From NCBI GenBank assembly GCA_038087875.1, contig JAXLNO010000361.1, positions 1-64,000 on the forward strand: a DNA stretch of 64,000 nt. The letters run 5' to 3'. Under the pieces are notes generated by a model that did no database searches, was not told where the DNA came from, and was given only the letters and a program-made list of their open reading frames with translations. Shown here in pieces: positions 1 through 12,995 of this stretch (within the stretch, counting starts at the first letter, position 1; every line of letters starts with the position of its first letter). Source of the DNA: Malacoraja senta (lineage: Eukaryota). A program made the translations under genes and the position numbers.

Positions 1-1200
1 ATGATTCATGCGCATCCCATCTGCCCCCACAACTGGAGATGGTGTTAGTGGCACCCCAACCTTGAGCGCTGGCATCAGTCTGTAATACAACTGACGGGTT
101 GCTAATAATAATGGAGCTGTAGGAACACTGAATGTTATGTGTCCACCATCGCAGTTCCAAAATAGCTTTTGTTGGTAATTGCATTGGTCTATCGAAATGA
201 CCAGCATGATGTTTAAGTGCTCGCACCTTTGCTCTCTGTAAATGTTGATAGTGCAAAGGTCCAAAGCGTGTCGCTGGAAAAGCAGCTACGATTTTGCCAA
301 TTACCCTTGCTACTTGTCTGATAGATGGTTGACTGAAGGTTGCTGCAAACTTCCATTAATTCAGTTGCCTTTCCCCTAGGTAAAGTCACAGTCATGTGAA
401 CTGAATTAATGGTGAATCCCAAATAGTCCATAGTCGTGGATGGTGTTAACTTTGATTTATCTGGATGTATGATAAACCCCAGTTTCTCAAATAGACCTAT
501 GGTAGCTGTAACAGCTAATTTGGCTAATTCGTAGGTTTTACCCACGATTAGTATGTCATCTAAATACGCCATGACTATATATTTTTGTTTCCGAAGAACC
601 GCCAGAGCTGGTTTCAGTAATTTAGTGAATAACTGGGGGCTGAGGTCAATCCATTAGGTAGTGCTTTGTACTGCCAAAGCGGCCCCATCCAGTTAAACTT
701 CAGATATCGGCGGTGATCCTTGTGTATAGGCACCGAATAGTATGCATCTTTTAAATCGATGCATGCCATGAAGTAGCCTTCGGAAATCAATTGTTTGGCC
801 GTGACAAAGGTTTCCATTTTGAAGTGAGTATACTGCACAAATGTGTTCAATTGTCTTAAATCAATAATGATGCGACATCCACCATCTTTTTTCTTTTTTG
901 TAAAAATGTTTGACACAAATTCTTGAGACTCATGTTGAGATCTCTCAATTACACCCTTAGTATAAAGCCTCTTAATTTCAGCATGACCATCCAACTTCTC
1001 TTGTTGTGATAGAATAAATGATCTGATGAGTGCATGCTGAACCGGAGGAAGGCGTTTGTTTTCGAATTCAATTTCATACCCTTGAACACTATGCAGTATA
1101 TAAGAATCAGAGGTTATTGATCTCCATGCCTCACTAAACCAGTGTCACCTACCACCAACAAGTGTATCCATTGCACCCGCTAAGTCCTGCGAGGAACCAG
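1..1200 (-). pseudogene. DIRS-A RT/RNase H, frameshifted
   Basis: ORFs 614-994 and 213-572 are consecutive RT pieces in different frames; TDAS..GWG motif at about 40-100. Confidence 0.9.
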
Positions 1201-1206
1201 ACCCAC

Positions 1207-2917
1207 CTACTTACCAGTGGGGTGTTCATCTCTTTTTCTGCTGTTTCTTGGTCGATTGAGGTGCTGGTATTCGGGTTGGCGCATCTTCCACGAAGGTCGC
1301 TCTGGGCCGCTGTCTAAAAAAGACCTTTGTCCTTGAGCTGCGGCCTTCGAGCTTTCACCAGCTTCGATGTGACGTGGCCTGCTGGTGGATGCGTAGGGGT
1401 GCTGTCGCCGAGGTATTTTCCCCGATGCCTTAATGAGCCTGGCGGCTTTCGCCTCTTCATCCAGGTCTTTAACCTGTTTGGACAGGTTGCCCCCGAATAA
1501 CAAAATTGGCGGCGGTGTGGTGTTGGTCTTACACAGAGCCGCAAATTTGGGGTTCAAGGCTAGGCGGATGGAGTTCTTACGGAAACAGTTGATCTCGAAC
1601 TGTGTATTGCAGAGCATCGCCAGCGTATCTTGCTGCGCCTCTGTCATATCCGTGTCATCCACCGACCGGGCAAATGCTGTAATCCCAGTTGTTAAAAGTT
1701 TGAGGATTTTCTGCATTTGTACCTCCTGTGCCCTTATACCTGCACCAATATGTCCCCAGATGGAGGGATTCACTGCTGGGACATTCAGTGAAGTACAGTT
1801 CCCTGGTGCCAGGTATTTTGCAGTGGTTTCATTAACTGCCTGTTCTTGTAATTGATGGGTTGAAAGGTAGTCAATGCTGGCTGCTAGTTGTTGTTTCAGC
1901 GGCTGCCCTGACTGTGGAGGCACCGCAAACTTCTTCACCATACCCAGCAACTTCTCTTCTGGCACCCCCAGCACACTTGAAGTCTCTTCAGCCAACCCTT
2001 GTTCGGAGTCAGCCCAGAAATGACTCCCAATGCTCCCCTCTGTCGAGGGAGATACAGAGGAGATTTACTAGAATGTTGCCTGGGTTTCAACAACTAAGTT
2101 ACAGAGAAAGGTTGAACAAGTTAGGGGTTTATTCTTTGGAGCGCAGAAGGTTAAGTGGGGACTTGATAGAGGTCTTTAAAATGATGAGAGGGATAGACAG
2201 AGTTGACGTGGATAAGCTTTACCCATTGAGAGTAGGGAAGATTCAAACAAGGGGACATGACTTGAGAATTAAGGGACAGAAGTTTAGGGGTAACATGAGG
2301 GGGGACTTCTTTACTCAGAGAGTGGTGGCTGTGTGGAATGAGCTTCCAGTGAAGGTGGTGGAGGCAGGTTCGTTTTTATCATTTAAAAATAAATTGGATA
2401 GTTATATGGACGGGAAAGGAATGGAGGGTTATGGTCTGAGCGCAGGTATATGGAACTAGGGGAGAATACGTGTTCGGCACGGACTAGAAGGGTCGAGATG
2501 GCCTGTTTCCGTGCTGTAATTGTTATATGGTTATATGGTTATATTGTGCAGCCCTGAAAAAGGTACTGCCATGAGCTTCCTCAGAGGCCCGTAGTGACTT
2601 GACTCCTGCTCACGGAGTTTGTCACGGTGAAGCAATTGCTCCACTAGCCGCTCCAGACGTGAAATGCAACTACTGTCACTGTCTGCCGGCAGCGCTTGCT
2701 CATGGCCCGACACATCAGAGTCCATGAGCGTGTCCCATCTATTGGCGTTCCTGTCAGCCTGTGGCGACCCAGGCTGCACAGGTGCCGGGACAGAGACCGC
2801 TGATCACAAAGATTGCGATGCTGCAGTCGGCCGCTGCTGGCTCACGGTACCTCCGCTGTCCTCCTCAGCCAGTTTCTTAGCGGCCCGTTTGGACTTGGTA
2901 TGGGTCCTGTCCATCAT
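1207..2917 (-). pseudogene. DIRS-A gag-like ORF1, interrupted by a CR1 insertion
   Basis: ORF 1207-1995 is homologous to DIRS-B pieces (QKILKLL..GITAF, NPKFAALCK, LLFG). N-terminal pieces lie at 2531-2917. Confidence 0.8.
2046..2543 (+). mobile_element. CR1 LINE 3' fragment inserted in DIRS-A gag
   Basis: QRRFTRMLPG...LYSLERRRL.GDLIEVFK...TRGH...FFTQRVV..WN C-terminus followed by a (GGTTATAT)n tail. Confidence 0.92.
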
Positions 2918-3352
2918 TGTCCTTCCTGGAACAGAAAGACACACGAAAAACGACCTCAGAGTAAGTAACTTACCTGTAGGTCTCCCCCCCCCCCCCGCCC
3001 GCCCGCCTGTCGCTCTCAATGCGCTAGTGATATGTCGCGCATGCGCCCTGGTGGGCTCTTCACGTAGTCACTCACGTGACTCCGAAGTAAAATTAAATAG
3101 TAAATGAGAAAAGATGGTTCATATCTGTTCAGACTTAAGGATGACTGTTCACTATTGTGACTAGCCAACCAGTGGTAAATCACTGTACTGAACAAATATT
3201 TGAGTTTGTGCTTGATTACTGTGGAAGAAAATATTTAAAAGCTTTCATACTTAATTTTGATTGGAATTGAACAAGGTAATGAAAGGGTGTGCAGATGTGG
3301 CAATTGGCAACTCTCGTTGACCAGGTGCAGAAGAGGTTTGTGGAAATCGGCA

Positions 3353-4290
3353 AAGTTATAGCGAGAGACGTATTGTGAAACAAAGTGATCTTTATTGTGT
3401 TATACAGAGAATAGCTCACACGCGACTGGGGAGGGTTCTCCCAGAGTTCGATATATATATCAGTGCACACCCCTAAACCACGTGATGACTTTTTCCAGCC
3501 AAACGCAGTCCTAGGGCCGAGGGTTCACCCAGTAAGTGGCCTAACCAGCAGGTGGCGCCACAGTACTCCCCCCAGAACCAGAGACACGAAAACGAAACTA
3601 CAGACGAACGAGGTGCTGCCCCCTCGCATCCACCAACAGGGATTGAGCCCGGAGGAAATCGGCACCCAGCAATGGCTGGGAGACGTCGGCAACCGTGAAT
3701 GGCCAAATAAAATGGCAGGAGCCAAAGACAATAGCCAAAAGATGAGCAGGTCCATACAAACCCCATACGTCCGTATGGAGCTGCCATTTGCTGCGGTTAA
3801 AGAGGGCCTCCACTTTCCGGAACGAGTGTCGACCCTCGATGGAGGCAAAACGCTAATCTCCACCCCCGTATCAACGAGGAACCGTCGTCCCGAATGTCGG
3901 TCCCAAGCGTAGAGGCGGAGTATCTGGCCGACCGTCGCAGTGATTACTGGCGGCCGGTCCCGGCGTTTCCCAGATACGAACAGGACGGGCGGCACTGATG
4001 GGCCGCAGAACCCCAGCGTTGATGATAGTAAAACAACACTTCCCTTTACCGGCTTCTCCCGGGATCAGCGGCGCAGCCGAACTCTCGGTGGATACATGGA
4101 TCTGGTTGCTGGGCCTTCCAAGGCACTGCCGACACCTGATCGAGCGAATCACCGCTCTGCTGCTTGGAATGTCACAGCTCATCCGCACGCTCCGCTAGCT
4201 GCAGGGGGTCTTCAAAATTCTCACCCGTGAGGAGCAGGCGGATGTCGTCCAGCATCTGCTCCAGAAAGGCGTGTTCAAACAGGAGACAGG
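3353..4290 (-). mobile_element. Ty3/Gypsy LTR retrotransposon remnant (gag end, aspartic protease, partial LTR)
   Basis: RRFLVDTGVEISVLP protease motif and ADVSQPLLGADFL. TATA-like run (about 3450) and AATAAA (about 3390) lie downstream on the minus strand. Confidence 0.75.
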
Positions 4291-4667
4291 GCTGAGAGCA
4301 GAATTTTTGCTTAGGTGATTAAATGTGCGATGGAATATATGATAGAAATTATGACCTGCAAGTTCTGATACTGGATTCTATATTCGAGACATTATTCCCT
4401 TTGCACTAAATGTTATCTCCTTTATCATGTACCTGTACACTGTAGATGTGTTGATTGTAGTCATGTATTGTCTTTCTCTGACGGTTAGTACGTAACAAAA
4501 GCTTTTCACCATGACTATAAACTAAACCAAACCAAAAAAGATTCTGCTGCTTTGTATTCATAGTTGTGTTTATTGTTGTATCTATCCACCACTCCTTCAT
4601 GTGAACAAGGAATTTTATTACATGCTGGTGCATATGACAATAAACTAAACTGAATTAAAATCTGAAA

Positions 4668-4900
4668 GCAATAGACAATAGACAATAGACAATAGACAAT
4701 AGACAATAGGTGCAGGAGTAGGCCATTCGGCCCTTCGAGCCATTCAATATGATCATGGCTGATCATCCCCAATCAATACCCTGTTCCTGCCTTCTCCCCA
4801 TATCCCCTGACTCCGCTATTTTTATGAGCCCTATCTAGCTCTCTCTTGAAAGCATCCAGAGAACCTGCCTCTACCGCCCTCTGAGGCAGAGAATTCCACA
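4668..4900 (-). mobile_element. CR1 3' end with (CTATTGT)n tail
   Basis: LWNSLPQRAVEA..LDAFKRELD; 7-nt tail repeat at 4668-4708. Confidence 0.9.
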
Positions 4901-5074
4901 GACAATTCCAGCAACTATAATGCCAAATGAACTTTCTGCTTTCTGAACGTATATGCTTTATTGTCATTTTAACTTCATCAAATTTGCATCTGAGTAATTT
5001 GAAAATATTCTGCTGAAAATGTATGGAGGCCATTGATAAAGGTTTTTTTACCAGAGCTAAAATTTGATTGTACA

Positions 5075-5197
5075 TACAAGAAACTGCTGATACTGGTTTA
5101 GAAAAAATTCACAAAGTGCTGGAGCAACTCAGTGGGTCAAGCAATATCACTGGAGGACATGGATAGGTGACATTTCAGGTCAGGACCCTTCTTCAGA
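5075..5197 (-). mobile_element. Penelope-like short element with minimal hammerhead core
   Basis: Revcomp of 5167-5196 is ctgaaga-a-gggtc-ct-gacct-gaaa-tgtcac; the rest matches the 38832, 41396 and 56262 elements. Confidence 0.7.
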
Positions 5198-5399
5198 ACT
5201 ATATTACTTATTTTTCTAATTTGAATATATTTGGTGTTCATTTGTACAATGCCATTATGGGCTGAAATACTGTTACCTTTGCCACATATTCAGCAAGCTG
5301 CTACTCCCTGGTCAACATGCACTTTCATGCCAATGCATTGCTGTGCTTAAGTATAGACAGAGCTAGGGTTTAGACGATGGAAAGTCAAACGTCTAGAGA

Positions 5400-6180
5400 G
5401 ACAAGAGTGTTTAATTATCACCGGCAAAGCAACAATTAAATTCTTACTTACAGCTGCATAACTGGCCTGTAAACACAATGCACATTGATAATACATGATT
5501 TAAAAATTAATAAATTAATAAGCACAACACTAGTGCAAAAAATCAGAAATCTTTAGTGTAACCAAAGATGGTCCATTGTTCATATTTAAGGTATGTGTTG
5601 TCAAGTATTCAGGGGCTTAATGGTTGTTGGGAAGAAGCTATTTTTGAACCTTGTGTTCATGGTTTTCAGACTCCTATACCTGTTTTCCAATGGAAGGTAT
5701 GAAATAAGAGCGCTGCCATGGCAGTGAAGGTCTTTAATGACATTAAGGCTTCCTTTTTGAGACAGCGCTGCCTATAGATCTGTCTTTGATGGTGGGGTGG
5801 TCAGTATCTGCCATGGACTTGACAGGGTCCACCACTCTCAGTAATCTCCATTGTCTTGGCATTTGCATTGCCGAAGCAGACCGTGGTACAACCAGTCAAT
5901 ATGCTCTCAACCATCCACTTGAAGAAGTTCAAGAACGTAGTCATTAATATACCAATCTATTCAATCTTCTAAGTAAATAAAGTTGTTGATGGACTTTCAT
6001 TATGATTGCATTAGGGTTAGGGTTAGGGTTGCATCAATGTGCTGTGCCCAGGAATGATCTTCAGTAGCATGCATGCCCAGGAACTCAAAGATTTTTACTC
6101 TCTACTGCCAACCCATTGAGGAAGACAGATTTGTGGATCCTCAGCTCTCCCTTCCTGACATCAACTATCAGCTCCTCTTC
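5400..6180 (-). mobile_element. Old Rex1/Babar-like LINE 3' fragment
   Basis: Colinear similarity to 57605-58200 (ttgggaagaagcta.tt.tgaacct; gcatgcccaggaa). Confidence 0.7.
6011..6030 (+). repeat. Short interstitial telomere-type repeat (TTAGGG)3TT
   Basis: ttagggttagggttagggtt, flanked by duplicated ttgcat. Confidence 0.85.
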
Positions 6181-6214
6181 TAGTCTCACCTCCTGCTCCA
6201 CTATTGTGATCAAC

Positions 6215-6862
6215 ACTCTTCCTTGAAAGTGGCATCACAGGTAAATAGGGTGGATAAAAAAGGCTTTTGACGCATTGGCCTTCATCAGTCAGAGTATAGA
6301 AGTTAGGAGGTCATGTTACAGTTATATAAGACATTGGTGAGGCCACATTTAAAGTATTGTGTTCGGTTTTGGTCAAGTTGCTATAGGTAAGATGTTGGCA
6401 AGCTGGAAAGGGGACAGAGAAGATTTACGAGGATGTTGCCAGGACTCCAGGGCCTGCACTGTAGGGACAGGTTGAGCAGGCTAGAACTATATTCCTTGGA
6501 GTGCAGGAGGAAGAGGGGTGTTCTTATAGAAGTGTACAAAATCATGAGAGGCATAGATTGGATAAATGCACAGAGTCTTTTGCCCAGAGCAGGGGAATCG
6601 AGAACCAGAGGTTTAAGGTGAGGGGCAAAAGATGTAATATGAACCAGATATATAGAACGAGTAGCCGGAGAAGATAGTGGAGGTAAGTACCATCATACTG
6701 TCACATTTAAGGGACATTTGGACAGGTACATGGAAAAGATGAGTTTAGAGGGTTATGGGCCAAGTGTGGGCAAGTGGGACTGGTGTAGATGGGGCATGCT
6801 GGTCAATGTGGGGATGTTGGTCCAAAAGGCCTGTTTCCAAACTGTATGGCTCTACGACCTTT
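6215..6862 (+). mobile_element. CR1 3' fragment
   Basis: LVRPHL.YCV.FW and LYSLECRR.RG.LIEVYKIM; CR1 3' UTR aaaggcctgtttcc. Confidence 0.85.
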
Positions 6863-6934
6863 AACACCAAATCCAAGGACAGAGTACAAACATCCCCAGC
6901 TAAGGACTCCTCAGCTTCTTGACAAATTGAGTTG

Positions 6935-7248
6935 TGTTGAGTTGAGAGATACTGAAAGGAAAAGGGCCTTTCGGCCCAACGAGTCCACACTGACCAGTGA
7001 TCTCCACACACAAACAGTATCCTACACACACAAGGGACAATTTTACATTTATACAGTACCAATCTAATTAACCTACAATCCTGTACATCATTGTTGTGTG
7101 GGAGGAAACTAGAGCACATGGAGAAAACCCATGCGGTCACGGGGCGAATGTACAAACTCTGTACAGTACCCATAGTCAGGATCGAACCTGGGTCTCTGGT
7201 ACTGTAAGCGCTGTAAGGCAGCAACTCTACCACTGTGCACCGTGCTAC
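6935..7248 (-). mobile_element. HE1-like tRNA-derived SINE
   Basis: Head with A box and B box (ggttcgatcc on the minus strand), body tttgtac.ttc.ccccgtgacc, CR1-like tail gaaaggccc. Confidence 0.85.
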
Positions 7249-7289
7249 CAAATGGCTGACCTGTAACCACATCTGCAGGAAGAAGGTGA

Positions 7290-7735
7290 TTAACTGTGTC
7301 TATATTCCATGCCTTGGAATCCACCTCTCAGGGAAGAAAGACATTAATATAATGAAATGTGCTTATAGTTTCACTGTGCCAGTATGACCTTTGGACATCT
7401 GATGAAAAGTGAAAATCAAGAACACCTTCAAGGATATTCTTAAAACCTGTAAACAAACTGGATCAACTCCATCAAGATGGGTATTCCTCACTCATGACAA
7501 CTTGAACTGCAGAAGGAAATTTCAGCGAATTACTGAGAACCAAGTGTACCTCTGTCAGGGGCACACTGAAGCCCAGTGGAAGAAGTGTACCACTACCCAA
7601 GTGACCCACCCACTGGCCTCACAAAGTACCTCCTGCCCCACCTGTGGCAAAGTCTGCAGGTCTCATATTAACCTCTTCGATAACCTAAAACCCCATAGAA
7701 TTGGAGCAGAGGCAGATCATCCTCAGAGGTCACTT
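7290..7735 (+). mobile_element. Old RTE-like LINE 3' end (target of L1-A)
   Basis: C-terminal CPTCGKVCRSHINLFDNLKPH, the C2H2-like end typical of RTE ORFs. Sequence resumes as aatgaaga after the right TSD at 23950. Confidence 0.6.
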
Positions 7736-9208
7736 TTTATTTATTTTTTTAAAAATATTTTTATTTTATTAGAAGTAAGTACAATCATATGGCACCAAAG
7801 TGCCTAATATATATTGACATAATACATTTTATGTACAGCTTCTTATTTTTTTTTATTATAATAAAGAAGAAAAAGAAAAAGAGAGATAATAAAAGATAGA
7901 AAAACGTGAGATATATAGTGTGTGAAATAGAAAAAAAAGAGTGAAAGAAGAAAAGTGAAGAAAAGAAGATAGAAAGAAAGAGAGTAGAAAATAAAAAAGA
8001 AAAATAAGGAGATCATTATTTATAATCTTGACCATCCCTCACCCAGTCCTGGAACAGTTAGCTTCTACAATTATGTTGCACCATATGCTTCCAAAAAGAC
8101 GACAAATGGAGACCAACTCGTTAAGAATTGGTCTGATTTATCTATTAGGAGGAATCGCATTTCCTCAAGATGTGCGGTGTCCAACATGCTTGTAATCCAC
8201 ATTTTAAGCGTTGGTATTGGTGTATTTTTCCAGAATTTAAGTATCAGTTTTTTTGCTATTATTAAACCATAATTAAAAAATAAATTTTGAGATGAGTTCA
8301 ATTTATTCCCATCTTCCATTACTCCAAATATAATCATTTCAGTATTAGGTTCCATTTTTATCTTGAATAATTTTGTAAATATTTCAAAAATATCACTCCA
8401 AAATTTATAAAGTTTTATGCAGGAAACGAAAGAGTGTGTTATAGTTGCGTTTTGGGATAGATATTTATCACAAATGGGGGATATATTTGGATAAAATTTA
8501 TTCAATCTAGTTTTTGAATAATATAATCTATGTAAAATTTTAAATTCAATTAAATTATGTCTTGCATTAATCGAACATTTGTGAATATATATCAAATACT
8601 TTTCCCATGTAACCTTCGTAATTTTTATCATTAATTCCCATTCCCACTATTCTCTAAGTGCCTCTGTCGATGGTAGTTCTATATTTAAAATACTATTATA
8701 TAAATATGATATTAATTTCTGTGAGTCAGCCTTAATATTCATTGCTTCTTCCAGTAAATCAAAAGTTATGTTTTGATATCCTTGTATGTATTTCTTCATG
8801 AAATCGCAAATCTGAAGATATTTAAAATATTGGTTATTTTTCAGTTTATTATTTAAATCTTTTTATTTGAATTTCACAGCAATCTGCATACACACTATGA
8901 TAACAGACAGTGACAGTCAAGGCATAATTGTGCAACAGTATGTAAGCGACCCTCAAAGCCCTTACCCTTACCCACCTTCAACCCACCCGAATCAGGTTGG
9001 AACCAAACGGGAACAAACAACACTCACATACGTACACATCCACACACATATGGTAAGATAAACGAAACAAAAAGTACAAATTTTTAAATAATAAACAAAA
9101 TTGGGGGTCACTAATAACAGTAAATAAGTAAGTAATTAAATAAATAAGTGTGGGGAGGGGGGGTTAAGGGGAGAGCAGCTGCAGGATCAAAACAATGGTG
9201 GAGAGTAC

Positions 9209-12200
9209 TCAGTCCTCTTCCGAGTCTGGGGACAAGTTGAGAGAGTTAACAAGTTCCAAGAAAGGGTTCCATGTATCTAGGAATGTCTTGGTAGAGCCTT
9301 TGAGAGAGAACCTAAGTTTTTCAAGCTTTAAATTGTAAAGCACCTCCTTAATCCAACGGGCGTGTGTCGGGGGACAGGTGAGCCTCCAGTTAAGCAAGAT
9401 CAGCCTCTGGGCTAACAAGGTTGTAAAAGCTAGGACCCGTTTCACCGCAACAGAGAGGTTGGTGTTGGGAGGTGTACCGAAAATGGCTGACATTGGGTTT
9501 GGAGGAATAGTCTGGCCGTAGGCTCTGCTTATCAAGTCGAAAGCACTCCTCCAAAAGGCTGCTAGCTTAGGGCAAGACCAAAACATATGGCTATGGTTGG
9601 CAGGGGATTGATTACATCTGTTGCAGGTGTCCCTAACAGCGGGGTAAATTCTAGATAATCTTGCATTTGTGTAGTGGGCTTTGTGAAGGACTTTGCATTG
9701 GATTAGGCCATGACGGGCACATATGGAGGAAGAATGGATCAAATCCAAGGCAGAGTCTCATTGCTGGTCTGTTAGTTTTGTATTCAGCTCACCCTCCCAC
9801 GCAGCTTTTAGTGAGGTATGAAGTTTCAATATAACCGACCCTAGCAAGTTATACAAAATAGAGATGCATTTCTTCCGGTTGGGATCTAGAGCTAAGATGG
9901 TATCGGTCAGGGTTTCAGGGGGGCGATTTGGGAAATGGGGGAATGTCTTCTTCACAAAATCCCTAATCTGGAAAAAACGAAAAAGATGGGAGTTTGGAAG
10001 GCTGTAGTTGGACGAGAGCTCCGCAAAGGACGAAAAGATGCCATCCTTGTATAGGTTTTTGATACTACTGATACCGTTGCTATGCCAGGTTTTGAATGCG
10101 TGGTCTGTACTTGAAGGTTTAAAGATGTGATTTTTAAGCAGTGGGGTCAAGATGGAAGGGCCTTGTAAACCAAAGTTTTTCCTGAGTTAACTCCATATCT
10201 TGAGCGAGAGGGACGCAATTGGGCCTGCACCCACAGATGTTATAGGAAGGGGGAGTTGGGAGCATAGGACAGACTGCAACGGGAGACGTGAACTCGCCTT
10301 TTCCATGTATACCCAGGTTGGTAGGTGGTCGCAATCATCATTCATCCAATTCAGGAGTTTTTGCAAGTTAGCTGCCCAATAGTATCGCCTAAAGTCAGGA
10401 AGTGCCAAACCATCGTCACTCTTAGGAGACTGCAGTATCGCCTTTCGGATTCTAGCCGGTTTGCTACCCCATAAAAATTTAGATATTGTCCTTTCTAATT
10501 TATCAAAAAAAGATTTAGTGATAAGTATAGGGACGTGCTGGAAAAGATACAGGAATTTGGGTAGGACGACCATCTTGACCAGATTTATCCGGCCCACGAG
10601 GGATAGCGGTAAAAATGACCAGCGGTCAAAATCTCTTTCGGCTTTCTCAACCAGAGGCAGAAAGTTTGTGCGGAACATATCAGATAAGGGTGTTGTGATA
10701 AAAACGCCGAGATAGCGAAACCCGTCCTCTGCCCATTTGAATGAGGTTAAAGAGCGAGGGAGCTGCTTAGCCAATGAGTTAATCGGTAATAGCTCACTCT
10801 TTTGGTAGTTAACTTTATAACCAGAATACGCACCAAACCGTTCTTAAATTTTCGTAATCACTGGGAGAGAACTGACTGGGTTCGCGATGTACAGGAGCAG
10901 GTCATCTGCATACAATGAGACTTTATGAGTTGTGTCGAACCGTGTAATACCTTTAAAGCCCTTCTCTGAGCGTAACCAGACCGCCAGGGGTTCTATCGCG
11001 ACAGCAAACAGGAGTGGTGATAACGGGCAACCCTGTCTGGTACCTCTCTGAAAGGGGAAGTGGGGCGACAGTGTGCCGTTTGTTTGTACTGAGGCCACCG
11101 GGGACGAGTATAATAGACTGACCCAAAGAATAAAACTGTTACCAAGGCCAAACCTGGCCAACGCCTCATATAGGTACCTCCACTCGACCCTGTCGAAAGC
11201 TTTTTTGGCGTCGAGGGAGACCACTATCTCCAGGGTCTGACTACTCGGTGAATGGATGATGTTAAGGAGACGCCTAGTATTGTGGGAAGACTGTCGGCCT
11301 GGTATGAACCCTGTTTGATCTAACAAGATAATAGAGGGCATCACTCGTTGAAGACGGAGCGCAAGGGCTTTAGAGAGGATTTTGAGGTCCACATTCAGGA
11401 GTGAAATTGGTCTATAGCTACTACAAAGCAGGGGATCTTTCTCCTTTTTAAGAATTAGGGAGATAGTAGCCCACGACAAGGTGGGCGGTAGGCGACGATG
11501 TAAAAATGCCTCATTGTACATATCTCTCAGGACTGGTGCGAGGAGAGCAGAGAAAGCTTTGTAATATTCTACAGTGAAGCCGTCAGGGCCGGGTGACTTT
11601 CCGCTTTGCAGCGATGTGATGGCTGCTTGGACCTCAGCAACAGTTATGGGACCACCCAAGTCTCTCGTGGCTTCATCGTCAATTCGGGGAAACGTCATAC
11701 TACTGAGCATGTCACCTGCAGTGGGAGGACAGTCGGAAGCGTATAGTTCAGCGTAGAATTTAGCAAATGCTTCATTAATTCTAAGAGGATCAGTATGAAT
11801 CTCCCCTAAGCTGGATCTAATGGCTGGAATTAGCCGTGAAGTCGCCTCGGTTCTGGCCTGATGGGCCAAAAGCTTCCCAGCTTTATCCCCAGATTCAAAA
11901 AAGTGTTGCCTAGATTTAAGCAGTCGTAGCTTGGCTTTATTAGTAGACGTGAGGTCAAAGTCTGTTTGTAACCTAAGGCGTTCTCTATAAAGGGTAGGGT
12001 CTGGGTCAGATGCATATTTGTCATCAATGTCCTTTATCTTTTGTAACAGGTCTGCCGTTTGGGACGTCTCGGTTCTTTTCAGGTTGGAGACAAAAGAGAT
12101 AAGTTGGCCCCTAATATAGGCTTTTGAAGCTTCCCAGAGTATACCTCTTTCTATGTCCGGCGAGTCATTCAGCTCAAAATATAAGGTGATTTGGGAGTGC

Positions 12201-12995
12201 AAGAATTGCATGTAGTGAGCTTCTGCTAATAATGAGGAGTTGAACCTCCACTGTTTAAAGGGGTTAGTTCGTTTACGAAAGTGGAGATCGAGGGAGGTCG
12301 CAGCGTGATCTGATATTACGATGCTATGATACTCGCTGGATTTGATTTTGGAGAGTAATCTGTTATCTAAGAGAAAGAAGTCTATAGGTACGGTGCACGT
12401 GGGGAAAAAATGAAAATAATTTAGTCGTGGGGAATGTAAATCTCCATGGGTCTGTGAGCCCAAGTTGTTTGGCAAGAGCATGCAGAGTCTTACCTGATTT
12501 AGTTAAAGTAGAGGCTTTGTTCGAAGATCTGTCCAGTATAGGGTCTTGGACCAGATTAAAATCTCCACCCACAATGACGTGGTGATTTTCAATATTTGGG
12601 ACAGATGTAAAAAATGTGGTTACAAATGAGCTGTCATCCCAGTTGGGTCCGTAAATGCTGGCCAATATGACAGGTGTGTCTTGCAGTTTGCCAGACACCA
12701 TGACAAAGCAGCCAGCAGGATCCTCCACAGTTTTCTGTGGTTCGAACATAACGTTCTTACGAATCAGGATAGCAGTACCCCTAGCCTTATCATTAAATTT
12801 CGAGTGAAATAGGTGGCTAATCCAGCCTCTCTTAAGCCGTGTTACCTCTCTGCTGCGAAGGTGGGTCACTTGAATAAAAATTATATCGCCTTTGAGCTGT
12901 TGCAAGTGGGCCAAGATCCTGTCAGTCTTGGTAGTACTTCCCACCCCCCTCACGTTCCACGAGACAAATCTAAGAGTGTTGTTTGTGTTGGCCAT
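9209..12995 (-). pseudogene. L1-B ORF2 (APE endonuclease + RT), several frameshifts/stops
   Basis: SWNVRG, GGDFN, SDH, SPGPDGF, DAKKAFD, RQGCPLSPLLF, YADD, CNRC..HMFWSC. Confidence 0.92.

Larger units (their letters stand above)
1..3093 (-). mobile_element. DIRS1-like tyrosine-recombinase retrotransposon copy A (5' half; runs off window start)
   Basis: Left terminus (revcomp attttacttcggagtcacgtgagtgactacgtgaag, about 3058-3093) matches the start of copy B at 18150. Gag-like ORF, RT motifs (IDLKDAYYSVPIH, ALPNGL, AYLDDIL) and RNase H motif LQTDASAQGWG. Confidence 0.93.

Noticed and set aside
1860..2459. 199-aa ORF with a signal-peptide-like start
   Set aside because: Chance fusion of antisense DIRS gag sequence with the inserted CR1 C-terminus.
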